64,000 nt of DNA from Heptranchias perlo (Eukaryota): NCBI RefSeq assembly GCF_035084215.1, contig NC_090327.1, forward strand, positions 121,644,001-121,708,000, in the 5' to 3' direction. Position 1 is the first letter of the stretch, and every line of letters starts with the position of its first letter. Below are positions 13,145 to 26,139 of the stretch, piece by piece. The notes beneath the pieces were generated by a model. That model did not search any database. It was not told where the DNA came from and saw nothing but the letters and a program-made list of their open reading frames with translations. Position numbers and translations under genes: made by a program.

Positions 13145-13372
13145 TGTCCTGAACCAGTGTCCAGTCCAGTGTCCAGTTCAGTCCAGTGTCCAGTCCAGTG
13201 TCCTGAACCAGTGTACAGTCCAGTGTCCTGAACCAGTGTCTGAACCAGTGTCCAGTCCAGTCCAGTGTTCAGTCCAATGTTCTGAACCAGTGTCAAGTCT
13301 AGTGTCCTGAACCAGTGTAGAGTCCAATATTCTGAACCAGTGTCCTGAACCAGTGTACAGCCCAGTCCTGCA
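13145..13372. repeat. Degenerate short-unit tandem repeat (CCAGTGTC / CCAGT / TGAACCAGTG)
   Basis: Visible low-complexity array. Confidence 0.9.
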
Positions 13373-14571
13373 GTCTGCCATTTTTATTTCATTACAACCC
13401 AATACCAATACTGCTCAGTCTGGAACTGTCAACGGGGAGAAATTTGACTAAACCACACAGATTTACAGAGTCTTCTTTCAGCTCTTCGAGAACCAGCCTC
13501 ACTCCCAATACTCCACCAGTCTGAGTTACTTCAGCTTTTGGGCCTATTCTCATTCGTGCAAACTCACTCCAGTATCACGGTCACTGAGGCAGTGACTATT
13601 CCATCAAGGTTTTATACAGAACCCCCACCCCATGGGGTGCGAAGACTCCCGCCTCATCGTTATTTGTAGCAGGATCTTCATAAGGATCCTGTACCACTGT
13701 TTTATCGACCAGTTTTGTAGAAATCGGCACTGATTTCCAACAGAAAGCCTGGGTTACGAAGGCAGATGAGTCTACTCAAGGGCGGCAATCACTGCATGTT
13801 CCCTGTTTGAATGGTCAGCTTTTCTTTAGTCACTCAACCACAGGTGAACCGACAGGTCACTGGTGTCATAATCCAATGGCTCCATGGCTGTCTCAGGCTG
13901 TCAGTGAACAGTGATTCTCAGAGCCAGTGAGGGGACTGGAACACCTCATGCAGCCAGAAAGGGGAAGCCGCAGGCCAGATGTTATTAGACTCTGAACATC
14001 TGCCAGAAACTATTACCTTAGGCTTCCTAGCAACAACCTGCAGAATGCACTACTCTCAGCCTTAAGGCTGTATTACAACAACATTACGGGAAAAAATACG
14101 CTCAGTGGAAATTGCCATTAACCCTTAAAGTACAGCTGCAAATCATTTGTAAAAGATTTATTTTACAGCTGTGCTTTAACAATTTTCCTAGATGAAGGAG
14201 CTCAGAACCAGTTCCTAGGTTAAATGGAGCCACATACAAAATCATCTGATGTATAGGCTAGAGTTCGAGCAGGACAGAGCTAATAAGCTTCATTCAACAA
14301 ACTTTACAATTCAATAGAAAAAACAACATGGATTTTAAATGGTCATTTCCCCCATTTATTTTACTTCTGATGATTAAATCGAGTTTTGAGGAGTTTTATT
14401 GCTTTATCATTTAACCAGACTGCCATCTGCACAAAACATCTGATGAGATCACAAGTGAGTGAGCATTTTATTTTTGAAAATTACAGTAAGCGAAATAATT
14501 TTATTCCAATAACCTTATTTTGCAATCACTTTGGAATGGACAAAGGATAAATCAAATGGGGTTTGGACTAA

Positions 14572-15552
14572 TGTGGTTTAATAGGATGCCCCTGTGGTTT
14601 AATGGGATTCTCCTGTGGTTTAATGGGATGCGCCTGTGGTTTAATAGGATGCGCCTGTGGTTTAATGGGATGCTCCTGTGGTTTAATGGGATGCGCCTGT
14701 GGTTTAATGGGATGCGCCTGTGGTTTAATAGGATGCGCCTGTGGTTTAATAGGATGCGCCTGTGGTTTAATGGGATGCTCCTGTGGTTTAATGGGATGCG
14801 CCTGTGGTTTAATGGGATGCACCTGTGGTTTAATGGGATGCGCCTGTGGTTTAATGGGATGCTCCTGTGGTTTAATGGGATGCACCTGTGGTTTAATGGG
14901 CTGCCCCTATGATTTATGGGATGTCCCTATGGTTTAATGGGCTTCCCCTATGTTCTATTGGGATGTCCCTATGGTTTAATGGCCTTCCCCAATGGTTTAA
15001 TGGGATGCCCCTGTGGTTTAATGGGCTTCCCCTATGTTCTAATGGGATGTCCCTATGGTTTAATGGGCTTCCCCTATGGTTTAATGGGATGCCCCTGTGG
15101 TTTAATGGGCTTCCCCTATGTTCTAATGGGATGTCCCTATGGTTTAATGGGCTTCCCCTATGTTCTAATGGGATGTCCCTATGGTTTAATGGGCTTCCCC
15201 TATGTTCTAATGGGATGTCCCTATGGTTTAATGGGCTTCCCCTATGGTTTAATGGGAGGCCCCTGTGGTTTAATGGGCTGCCCCTATGGTTTAATGGGCT
15301 TCCCCTATGTTCAAATGGGATGTCCCTATGGTTTAATGGGCTTCCCCTATGGTTTAATGGGATGCCCCTGTGGTTTAATGGGCTTCCCCTATGGTTTAAT
15401 GGGATGCCCCTGTGGTTTAATGGGCTTCCCCTATGGTTTAATGGGATTCCCCTGTGGTTTAATGGGCTGCCCCTGTGGTTTAATAGGAGGCGCCTGTGGT
15501 TTAACGGGCTGCCCCTATGGTTTATGGGATTTCCCTATGGTTTAATGGGACG
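14572..15552. repeat. 21-bp minisatellite in two variant blocks (TGTGGTTTAATGGGATGCGCC, then CTATGGTTTAATGGGCTTCCC)
   Basis: Visible array; 7-aa periodic ORFs in several frames. Confidence 0.96.
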
Positions 15553-15944
15553 CTCCTATTAATAGACTTACTTTTTTTAAATGTTTGTATTATCAACCAA
15601 ATGAGATTAACTAAATGACAATCCGTCCAAAGCTATTTTCAGCTGAACCTAACAGACCTTCAGCAGGAGCTCAGCCCACCTTGACCATACCTCTGTAATC
15701 AGCTCCCACCAGACCCCCCTTTCCTTAACAGGATCTACAAGCAGATGACAGGAGCTTCCTGTTACTCTTCAATGAACCAGATCACCAGCAAATCCCAGCT
15801 CATTCCCGCATCCAAAAAGTGGTTCCGGCAGAGACACCTCACACAATGAGAACCCTCCACAAACGAACGTGACAATAGACCATAAAATGATTACACATAT
15901 AATAGTAATGGGGTTGTGTACAGGAGTCTTTTAAATATGGAGAC

Positions 15945-16371
15945 AACTTTGTTCGGGGGCTGGGCTAGTGTAACCCCGGCTACACAGACTTTGTTCAGGA
16001 GATGGGCTAGTGTAACCCCGGCTACACAGACTTTGTTCAGGAGATGGACTAGTATAACTCTGGCTACACAGACTTTGTTCGGGAGCTGGGCTAGTGTAAC
16101 CCTGGCTACACAGACTTTGTTCGGGAGCTGGGCTAGTGTAACCCTGGCTACACAGACTTTGTTCGAGAGCTGGGCTAGTGTAACCCTGGCTACACAGACT
16201 TTGTTCGGGAGCTGGGCTAGTGTAACCCTGGCTACACAGACTTTGTTCGAGAGCTGGGCTAGTGTAACCCTGGCTACACAGACTTTGTTTGGGAGATGGG
16301 CTAGTGTAACCCTGGCTACACAGACTTTGTTTGGGAGATGGGCTAGTGTAACCCTGGCTACACAGACTTTG
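15945..16371. repeat. 42-bp minisatellite (GACTTTGTTCGGGAGCTGGGCTAGTGTAACCCTGGCTACACA)n, about 10 copies
   Basis: Visible array; 14-aa periodic ORFs on both strands. Confidence 0.96.
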
Positions 16372-17224
16372 ATGCTTGCAATTCCCTGATAGACTATTGT
16401 CCATATTCAGCTATTCGCAAGGCACTGTCCTCCACTGATAGGATTGACACACTGAATATTTAAAATTCAATCATTAAAAGGTCATTGTCACTTTCCCAGG
16501 CTGGTAATCAGAATTGACCCGCTGATGGGTCAGTGGGAAAAGATATGTCTGAAATATGGAGCCGTAAAGACAAAGAAGGTTCCAGTGTTTATCCCTGATC
16601 TGTGCTGGGTCAGCCTATCTAAGCCAGGTCAATACCAGGGGCAGGACAATTCCCTGCAGCATCCCTGGACTAGGGAGGGGAAACATCAGCAGGGGTCCCT
16701 GCTCCTGATTGCCATCTAGCGACACCTCCCTATGTGAGTGTGAGCACAGGGTGAGCACTGGATAGGACATGGCTGTGATACCACCCATGGTGAGTCACAT
16801 CTGACAGTCGGTGCTCTACTCAAGAGAATACAAGCCTAGTTTATGCAACCTGTCCTCATAATTTAACCCTCTAAGCCCAGGTTTCATTCTGGTGAATCTG
16901 CGCTGCACCCACTCCAAGGCCAATATATCCTTCCTGATGTGGTGCCCAGAACTGGACGCAGTGCTCCAGATGGGGTCTGACCAAGGCTCTGAACAACTCA
17001 AACAAGTCACAGAACATAATCTTCCGATGGGTTTAACTGATAAATACCACAGGTGAGGCAAGTTCAAGGTAAAATCAAGCATCTAGATTATTTTACAGAA
17101 CACACATGGCTGAACAGGATTGTATTTCCAAATATTTTTAACCTCTTCTATAAAACAACAAAACTGCACTACACTATCCCGATTGGAGGGGTGAACACTC
17201 ATTCTTGAATTTTCCTTCCTTTTC

Positions 17225-18355
17225 GGTCGGTCTCAGGCCAGTCGGTCTCAGGCCGGTCAGACTCAGGCCGGTCGGTCTCGGGCCAGTCGGTCCCGGGCTG
17301 GTCGGTTTTGGGCTGGTCGGTCTCGGTCTTGGGCCAGTCAGTCTTGGATTCGGGCCGGTCAGTCTTGGCCGGTCGGTCTCGGTCTCGGGCCTGTCGGTCT
17401 CAGGCTGTTCGGTCTCGTGCCGGTCGGTTTCGGGCCGGTTGATCTTGGTCTCCGGCCAGTCGGTCTCAGGCCAGTCAGACTCAGGCCGGTCGGTCTCAGT
17501 CTTGGGCCGGTCGGTCTCGGACTGGTTGGTCTCGGGTAGGTCGGTCTGGGGCCAGTCGGTCTCGGTCTCAGGCCAGTCAGTCTCGGCCGGTCGGTCTCAG
17601 GCCGGTCGGTCTCGGCCCGGTTGGCCTCGGGCTGGTCGGTATTGGGCCGGTCGGTCTCGGCCCAGACGGTCTCAGCCCGGTCGGCCTCGGGCCGGTCGGT
17701 CTTGGGCCGGTCGGTCTCGGCCCAGTCGGTCTCAGCCCGGTTGGTCTCGGGCCGGTCGGCCTTGGGCCGGTCGGTCTCGGCCCAGACGGTCTCGGCCCGG
17801 TCGGCCTCGGGCCGGTCGGTCTTGGGCCGGTCGGTCTCGGCCCAGTCGGTCTCAGCCCGGTTGGTCTCGGGCCGGTCGGTCTCGGCCCGGGTGGTCTTGA
17901 GCTGGTCGGTCTCGGGCCGGTCGGTCTCGGCCCGGTTGGCCTCGGGCCGGTCGGTCTCGGCCTGGTCGGTCTCGGCCCGGGTGGTCTCAGGCTGGTCGGT
18001 CTCGGCCCGGTCGGTCTCGGGCCGGTCGGTCTCGGCCCAGTCGGTCTCAGCCCGGTTGGTCTCGGCCCGGGTGGTCTCAGGCTGGTCGGTCTCGGCCCGG
18101 TCGGTCTCGGGCCGGTCGGTCTCGGCCCAGTCGGTCTCAGCCCGGTTGGTCTCGGCCCGGGTGGTCTCAGGCTGGTCGGTCTCGGCCCGGTCGGTCTCGG
18201 GCCGGTCGGTCTCGGCCCAGTCGGTCTCAGCCCGGTTGGTCTCGGGCTGGTCGGTCTCGGCCCAGTCGGTCTCGGGCCGGTCGGTCTCGGCCTGGTCGGT
18301 ATCGGCCCGGGTGGTCTCAGGCTGGTCGGTCTCGGGCCAGTCGGTCTCGGTCTCC
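17225..18355. repeat. GC-rich 15-bp minisatellite (CGGTCGGTCTCGGGC-like)
   Basis: Visible array; 5-aa periodic ORFs (RSVSG / ETDRP). Confidence 0.96.
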
Positions 18356-18599
18356 AACTTCTTCCCTATTCACCAGTAGGCCTATCAATAAATCTGGCTA
18401 TGACCTTCCCCTGTTCCCCTCACCAAGAGTGGATTCTAGGCAGATACCACATGCTGGGCTCAAACAAATTAGATCATCCAACGATAGTAGGTGTGGATGT
18501 TTGTAGTGGGTCTGAAATGTGATAATGAATTAGTTACCTATGGTCCCTGCTGGTTGCGGAACATTTCATCAATGTCTAACTGATCTCAGCAGCTGCAGT

Positions 18600-21483
18600 G
18601 TACGGGGTCGAAGGAGAATCTTAAACCCGTGTGACCCCACTACGGTTCAAGGAGAATCTTAAACCCGTGTGACCCCAGTACGGTTCAAGGAGAATCTTAA
18701 ACCCGTGCGACCCCAGTACGGGTCCAAGGAGAATCTTAAACCCGTGCGACCCCAGTACGGTGCAAGGAGAATCTTAAACCCGTGCGACCCCAGTAGGGGT
18801 CCAAGGAGAATCTTAAACCCGTGTGACGCCAGTACAGCTCAAGGAGAATCTTAAACCCGTGCGACCCCAGTACGGGTCCAAGGAGAATCTTAAACCCGTG
18901 CAACCCCAGTACGGTTCAAGGAGAATCTTAAACCCGTGTGACCCCAGTACGGTTCAAGGAGAATCTTAAACCCGTGCGACCCCAGTACGGTGCAAGGAGA
19001 ATCTTAAACCTGTGCAACCCCAGTACGGTTCAAGGAGAATCTTAAACCCATGTGACCCCACTACGGTTCAAGGAGAATCTTAAACCCGTGTGACCCCAGT
19101 ACAGTTCAAGGAGAATCTTAAACCCGTGCGACCCCAGTACGGGTCCAAGGAGAATCTTAAACCCGTGCAACCCCAGTACGGGTTCAAGGAGAATCTTAAA
19201 CCCGTGTGACCCCACTACGGTTCAAGGAGAATCTTAAACCCGTGCAACCCCAGTACGGGTCCAAGGAGAATCTTAAACCCGTGCAACCCCAGTACGGGTC
19301 CAAGGAGAATCTTAAACCCGTGCGACCCCAGTACGGGTTCAAGGAGAATCTTAAACCCGTGTGACCCCACTACGGTTCAAGGAGAATCTTAAACCCGTGT
19401 GACCCCACTACGGTTCAAGGAGAATCTTAAACCCGTGTGACCCCAGTACGGTTCAAGGAGAATCTTAAACCCGTGCGACCCCAGTACAGTTCAAGGAGAA
19501 TCTTAAACCTGTGCAACCCCAGTACGGGTCCAAGGAGAATCTTAAACCCGTGTGACCCCAGTACGGTTCAAGGAGAATCTTAAACCCGTGCGACCCCAGT
19601 ACGGGTCCAAGGAGAATCTTAAACCCGTGCAACCCCAGTACGGTTCAAGGAGAATCTTAAACCCGTGCAACCCCAGTACGGTTCAAGGAGAATCTTAAAC
19701 CCGTGCAACTCCAGTACGGGTCCAAGGAGAATCTTAAACCCGTGCGACCCCAGTACGGGTCCAAGGAGAATCTTAAACCCGTGCGACCCCAGTACGGGTC
19801 CAAGGAGAATCTTAAACCCGTGCAACTCCAGTACGGGTCCAAGGAGAATCTTAAACCCGTGCAACCCCAGTACGGTTCAAGGAGAATCTTAAACCCGTGC
19901 AACTCCAGTACGGGTCCAAGGAGAATCTTAAACCCATGTGACCCCAGTACGGTTCAAGGAGAATCTTAAACCCGTGTGACCCCAGTACGGTTCAAGGAGA
20001 ATCTTAAACCCGTGCGACCCCAGTACGGGTCCAAGGAGAATCTTAAACCCGTGCGACCCCAGTACAGTTCAAGGAGAATCTTAAACCCGTGCGACCCCAG
20101 TACGGGTCCAAGGAGAATCTTAAACCCGTGCAACCCCAGTACGGGTTCAAGGAGAATCTTAAACCCGTGCGACCCCAGTACGGGTCCAAGGAGAATCTTA
20201 AACCCGTGCAACCCCAGTACGGTTCAAGGAGAATCTTAAACCCGTGCAACTCCAGTACGGGTCCAAGGAGAATCTTAAACCCGTGCGACCCCAGTACGGT
20301 TCAAGGAGAATCTTAAACCCGTGCAACCCCAGTACGGTTCAAGGAGAATCTTAAACCCGTGCAACTCCAGTACGGGTCCAAGGAGAATCTTAAACCCGTG
20401 CGACCCCAGTACGGGTCCAAGGAGAATCTTAAACCCGTGCGACCCCAGTACAGTTCAAGGAGAATCTTAAACCCGTGCGACCCCAGTACGGGTCCAAGGA
20501 GAATCTTAAACCCGTGTGACCCCAGTACGGTTCAAGGAGAATCTTAAACCCATGTGACCCCAGTACGGTTCAAGGAGAATCTTAAACCCGTGCAACCCCA
20601 GTACAGGTCCAAGGAGAATCTTAAACCCGTGCGACCCCAGTACGGGTCCAAGGAGAATCTTAAACCCATGTGACCCCAGTGCGGTTCAACGAGAATCTTA
20701 AACCCATGTGACCCCAGTACGGTTCAAGGAGAATCTTAAACCTGTGCGACCCCAGTACGGGTCCAAGGAGAATCTTAAACCCGTGCGACCCCAGTACGGT
20801 TCAAGGAGAATCTTAAACCCGTGCGACCCCAGTACAGTTCAAGGAGAATCTTAAACCCGTGCGACCCCAGTACGGGTCCAAGGAGAATCTTAAACCCGTG
20901 CGACCCCAGTACGGTTCAAGGAGAATCTTAAACCCGTGCGACCCCAGTACGGTTCAAGGAGAATCTTAAACCCGTGCGACCCCAGTACGGGTCCAAGGAG
21001 AATCTTAAACCCGTGCGACCCCAGTACGGTTCAAGGAGAATCTTAAACCCGTGCGACCCCAGTACGGTTCAAGGAGAATCTTAAACCCGTGCGACCCCAG
21101 TACGGGTTCAAGGAGAATCTTAAACCCGTGCAACCCCAGTACGGGTCCAAGGAGAATCTTAAACCCGTGCGACCCCAGTACAGCTCAAGGAGAATCTTAA
21201 ACCCATGTGACCCCAGTACAGTTCAAGGAGAATCTTAAACCTGTGCGACCCCAGTACGGGTTCAAGGAGAATCTTAAACCCGTGCGACCCCAGTACAGTT
21301 CAAGGAGAATCTTAAACCCGTGCGACCCCAGTACAGTTCAAGGAGAATCTTAAACCCGTGCGACCCCAGTACGGTTTAAGGAGAATCTTAAACCCGTGCG
21401 ACCCCAGTACGGTGCAAGTAGAATCTTAAATCCGTGCAACCCCGAGTACAGTTCAAGGAGAATCTTAAACCCGTGTGACCCCA
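18600..21483. repeat. 38/39-bp minisatellite (AAGGAGAATCTTAAACCCGTGCGACCCCAGTACGGGTCC)n, about 75 copies
   Basis: Highly homogeneous head-to-tail array with no spacers. Confidence 0.98.
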
Positions 21484-21629
21484 TTTCAATTTAAAACTCA
21501 CCACTTCAACATAACTCATTTCCAAATCCATTCTGTGGAAAAATAGTCAAAAATCCAAAAGTCACCAAATTATGTTCCCATTTTGAAGGACTAAGATGCC
21601 TTGTGTGAGTGAAATGATGCAGCACTAAC

Positions 21630-21748
21630 CTTGGTCTTTAATGCAGAACGAATCATATCGACCATTTGAAGAAGTAACTGCTTCAGTTTTTACATGGATG
21701 GTTTGGAGGTCCTGTTGCTCTGAGCCAGCGTTACTGCACACTGTCATC
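21630..21748 (-). CDS. SUSD5: SUSD5 coding exon 3 (119 nt)
   Basis: Acceptor TTTAAACTCAG|G, donor CAAG|GTTAGT; encodes (G)MTVCSNAGSEQQDLQTIHVKTEAVTSSNGRYDSFCIKDQ, resembling human SUSD5 GTTVCSKGSGEQQ..YSALCIKDE as recalled; phase matches exon 2. Not in the ORF track. Confidence 0.93.
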
Positions 21749-22689
21749 CTGAGTTTAAACAGAAACAACACAATTCATTAGTGTTCCACTATAATCTGCA
21801 TTGGGGGCTACTCGTTTAATTTATATTTGATTTCTTCCTCAGCCCATTTATCTATTATTTTTAACCTGTCTTTAAGAGGCTCTATCCCTTCTTCTCTGAC
21901 CAAAAGCTCGAGCAGATTACCTGTTCCAGGATTACACTGTGCATTCCTCACTTGGCCCTTGTACATGTGTGAGGCTCCATGGGTTCTTTGAAACTTTGAT
22001 ATCCCCTCCCTGTGGGTAAATATCCTGATGGTGGGTGGGCTGAGATCAGCACCTGGAATCCCTGTGGGGGTTCTCCCGTGGGAGACTGACAGAACCCCTG
22101 GGGAAATGGGGTAAACGGCTGTAATCGGCTTTGTCTCCTGGGTTCTGTTGATCTCCCACCGAGATTATGGCAGGAAATCGGGATGACCCAGTGCAAATTC
22201 AGCACTCAGGAGTTTACCCTGTGAGGATCCACAAGTGGGAATTGGCCCGCTAGTTAGGGTCGCCAACTCTGGGATTCTGGGAAGTTTCATCACATGACCT
22301 CCTGCCACCAATCATCTCTCCTCCACGTTCCCGCCATCTGTCGCCCAACACGTCCATCCTCGCGATGCACCCACGGCCAATTGGGAAGCGAACAGGCTCT
22401 TTGTTACCTGATTCTTGACTCTCAGTCAAACAGCCTTTTATCCTATCTCCAATATTTTTATAAATAATAAATGCAAGTGTTCAAAGAAAATGAAAAAAAA
22501 CACACAATTTTCATTAATGCTCCTATGATTTTTCTCCCGAGTGTTGCTTGCAGCGGTGTCCAGGAGATTAACCTTTAATTCCTGAAGACTCCAGGGCAGT
22601 CCTGGAGGGTTGGCAGCTCAAGCTCCAGTACACCTCATGGGGCAGAATTTCTGTGGGGCTTCTCCCGATTTCCCACCGGATGATCAGCG

Positions 22690-23250
22690 GAGATCCAGAG
22701 GTGTGGCCAGAGCTCTGCAATTCCTGAGCCATGTGGGAACTCCAGGACACTTCGGGTATTCTGAGTGCAGGAAGTGCCTTCAGTTGCTCGATCTCAAGCT
22801 CAGAGTTGCTGAGCTTGAGCAGCAGCTGGAATCACTGCAGGGCATGTGGGAGGCTGAGAATTTCCTGGATCGTACTTTCCAGGAGGTGGTCACCCTGCAG
22901 CCACAGATAGCTCAAGACAATAAGTGGGTGGCCATCCAGCAGGGTAGGAAGAGGCAGGCAGTGCAGGAATCTTCTGGGAGTGTGGCACTCACTAATCAGT
23001 TTTTAGTATTGAGGGTGAAGACTCCTCGGGGGAGTGCAGTCCAGAGCATGGCACCATGGGGCATAGGACTGCACAGGGAGGCACAATGAAGTGTAGGAAT
23101 GCAGTGGTCATAGGGGATTTGATAGTCGGGGGATAGACAGGCGTTTCTGCAACCACCGACGTGAGTCCCGCATGGTGTGTGCCTCCCTGGTTCCAGGGTA
23201 AAGGACATCACTGAGCGGGTGTAGAACATTTTGAGGGGGAAGGGGAACAG
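22690..23250 (+). mobile_element. CR1 ORF1 fragment (zinc finger/coiled coil, start of esterase domain)
   Basis: CRKCLQLLDLKLRVAELEQQLESL..FLDRTFQEVVT, similar to 40421-40660 and 62007-62342. Confidence 0.85.
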
Positions 23251-23254
23251 ACAG

Positions 23255-23645
23255 TACAGCACTCCCTCAGTACTGCCCCTCCGACAGTGTGGCACTCCCT
23301 CAATACTGACCCTCCAACAGTGCAGCGCTCCCTGAGTACTGCCCCTCCAAAGTGCAGCGCTCCCTCAATATTGCCCCTCCAAAGTGCAGCGCTCCCGCAG
23401 TACTGCCCCTCCAACAGTGCAGCTCTCCCTCAGTACTGACCCTCTAGCAATGCAGCACTCCCTCAGTACTGCCCCTCCGACTGTGCAGCACTCTCTCAGT
23501 ACAGTGCAGCACTCCCTCGGTACCGCTCCTCCGACAGTGCAGCACTCCTTCAGTACTGCCCCTCCGACAGTTCAGCGCTCCCTCAGTACTGCCAGTCTGA
23601 TAGTGCAGCGCTCCCTCAGTACTACACTGACATGTCAGCCTGGAT
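23255..23645 (-). repeat. 33-bp tandem repeat (CAGCACTCCCTCAGTACTGCCCCTCCGACAGTG) amplified from a DeuSINE segment
   Basis: The unit is the reverse complement of the SINE segment CAGTACTGAGGGAGTGCTG..GTCGGAGG; the array ends in SINE sequence. Confidence 0.88.
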
Positions 23646-23754
23646 TATGAATCTTTGTCACCACTGTGTGTTTCCAGCATTTTCTGTTTTTATGTCAGAT
23701 CTCCAGAATTTGCATTTTTCTTCTTTTTGCCTCTGATTTACTCTCAGTTTTATA

Positions 23755-24110
23755 TTAACTCTTGTTTTCAAATCCTTCCATGGTCTTGCCCCATCTCTGT
23801 AACCTCCTCCAGCCCTACAACCCTACAAGAACTCTGTGTTCCTCCAACTCTGGCCTTTTGCACATCCCCCGCTTCCTGCGCTCCACCATTGGCGGCCATG
23901 CCTTCAATTGTCTCGGCACTAAACTCTGGAATTCCCTCCCTAAACCGCTCCACCTCTTTACCGCTCTCTCCTCCTTTAAGACCCTTCTTAAAACTTATCT
24001 CTTTGACCAAACTTTTAGTCACTTGTCCTAACATCTCCTTCTTTGGCTTGGTGTAAATTTTTGTCTGATGCTCCAGTGAAGTACCTTGGGACATTTTACT
24101 ACATTAAACG
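23755..24110 (+). mobile_element. L2-type LINE 3' end
   Basis: GGHAFNCLGTKLWNSLPK..SSFKTLLKTYLF; related copies at about 37390-38310, 43900-44140 (-) and 46690-47250. Confidence 0.8.
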
Positions 24111-25928
24111 CAGCTGGTAACTTCCAACACTGCAGATCCAGACTTTTGGAAGTGGTGTTGTGTTCAGGATGGCACAAGGAACAGTCACTGCATGATCTGG
24201 ATCAGGGCTATTGAGATGGAGGTGCCGCATCACACCAAAAGTAAATGCAACGTTAGAAAACTGTCCCCAAGATCCAGAGTCAAATTCAGCCAGAATGATG
24301 AAGGGAAAGTCTTCCCTTCCTGCTGCCTGTAAAAGACTTCAGTGTGATGAGTTTGTGTGGTCTCAGCTTGGTTCAGGTTGAGCAATCTTGTACGCAATGC
24401 AAAACTGCTCATAATCTGACACGTGGGCGCTACCTAAGATCCAGAGGACATATGAAATATAAAATGTCTCATTGAGAACAGCATGGGGTGCCCTCGAGAG
24501 ATTGGGGTTGAGGAAAAGCAGGTACTTTTACTTCTAACTCTGCTAACCTGGGAATGCTTGATGCTCAACAGTAAGAACAAAAAACCAGGACAGTGTTTGA
24601 ATCCCGAGCAGTACCTCTGATCTTGGTAGAATAAAATAAATAACAATTTTGTTTTTAAACTAAAGATGGACAAACACACACGAGCTAACGGGAATGCAGA
24701 ATTGTTATTGCCAAGACAAGAATAGTCCTGATTCAGATGTGGCCAAGACCGGCAATAAATATTTCAGACTAAAATTATGGTCTCTCTTGGATTGGATTCC
24801 ATTTTATATTGAACCTGTTACTTAGAAGGACAAAACTGTTAAAATGTGATGTCATTCTGTGTCATCTGGATAGGTTGTAAATCTAAAAATGGGTTCACTT
24901 CTCACTGTTTACAATACATTCCGAGACTGATTGATGAACTAGTGATAGTGTAGTAATAGCTGGAATTGACTAGAGCGTGCAATGTTGATGTGTCATTGTA
25001 ACAGGCATTCTAGGTGCAATAAAAATGTCAATTGTGTTTTATGCTGTTCTCACAGAACATCTTCAGATAGTTCTAATTGCTGAATACGACATTGACACTT
25101 TTCTGATATTCACTCAACAGTGTTAAGAATGACTCATTAAAGCCAAAGTCATTGGGCTGAGACTGAATAACAGGAATGTCTCCATTCTCAGCCAAACCTT
25201 TCTCTCTCAGTACTTACTGATCCACTGATCAACTAAGGCAATATGAACAGCTAAACCAGCTTCTCCTCAATTCGAGAGATTTGTGCTCAGCCAAGCTTCT
25301 GCACCACTGAACAAGGGCAGTAGCCCATGGCTATCTCCACCATTCAGGTTATTTTCCCTATCACTGAAGAAAGGCAATAGTGTATGGCTCTCACTGGCTT
25401 TAGAAATCTATAAGTAAGTAGCTTCCATAAATACTGAAGAAAATAAATAGTGATGGTTTTCTCTAAACGAGAGGCATTAGTGATTGATGTCACATTTGCT
25501 GCCATTGGACAGAGGCATCAATGAGACATTCTCCATCACTACAGAGAGATATGTGATGCTTCTGTTGAGAAGAACAAATCAATGGTTGAGCATGTTCATG
25601 ACTTCCTCTACCATTCAGGAGAGATAATCGGACACGGCTGCAGTATCCCATCATAGTGAGGAGCTGCACTGTCACTGACAATCCATTGTATTGTGTCTCA
25701 CTTACCTTCACGCCTACTGATGGGATTACAGCTGTCGAGTGTATGGAGCACACTAGAGATTTCAAAAGGAGAGGGCATGAGAACTGACATCTAGAGAGGT
25801 AACTAAAATCTAGAGAGGTTAATTTAAATCGAGAGAGATTGACCAAAATCTAGAGGGATTAAATTAACTAAATCTAGAACTATGAATGCAAGACATTTAT
25901 AAACTAGAGGCTGCACCATAGTGTATCT

Positions 25929-26139
25929 TGTTAATTGTATCCATGTGATTTATATCAATTGGTGTTAATTGTATTCAGGTGGTGTGTATCAATTGGGGCT
26001 CTCCTGTATCCATATATAAGAGCGCTTATCTAGGGTGTGGTATGGGTAATGTGGATCTCTGTGAGTAAAGACTTGGAAGCAACTGAAGACCAGGCTCTAG
26101 TATTCTATCCTTCACCACCAGGCTATCCAATTTGGAACA
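25929..26139 (+). mobile_element. Solo LTR of the GalEa-like copia family, in SUSD5 intron 2
   Basis: TGTTAATTGTATCC...TTTGGAACA with perfect 5-bp TSD TATCT (25924-25928, 26140-26144); colinear with the LTR at 11558-11771. Confidence 0.92.

Noticed and set aside
14520-15562. Cys/Gly-rich keratin-associated-like or amelogenin-like ORFs
   Set aside because: 7-aa periodicity comes from the 21-bp minisatellite; multiple frames are open and there is no gene structure
15945-16371. RSS-like pattern on the minus strand of the 42-bp unit (CACTAGC-11 nt-ACAAAGTCT)
   Set aside because: Poor heptamer and nonamer, 11-nt spacer, and no adjacent V, D or J coding segment
17205-18379. ETDRP and RSVS repeat proteins
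   Set aside because: Artefacts of the 15-bp minisatellite
18600-21483. CRISPR-like array (38-39 bp partly palindromic repeats)
   Set aside because: Units are head-to-tail with no unique spacers, there are no cas genes, and the context is a vertebrate intron
1-21600. SUSD5 sushi-domain exon 4
   Set aside because: No CGDPP..GEWYG-like exon found by eye; presumed to lie left of the window
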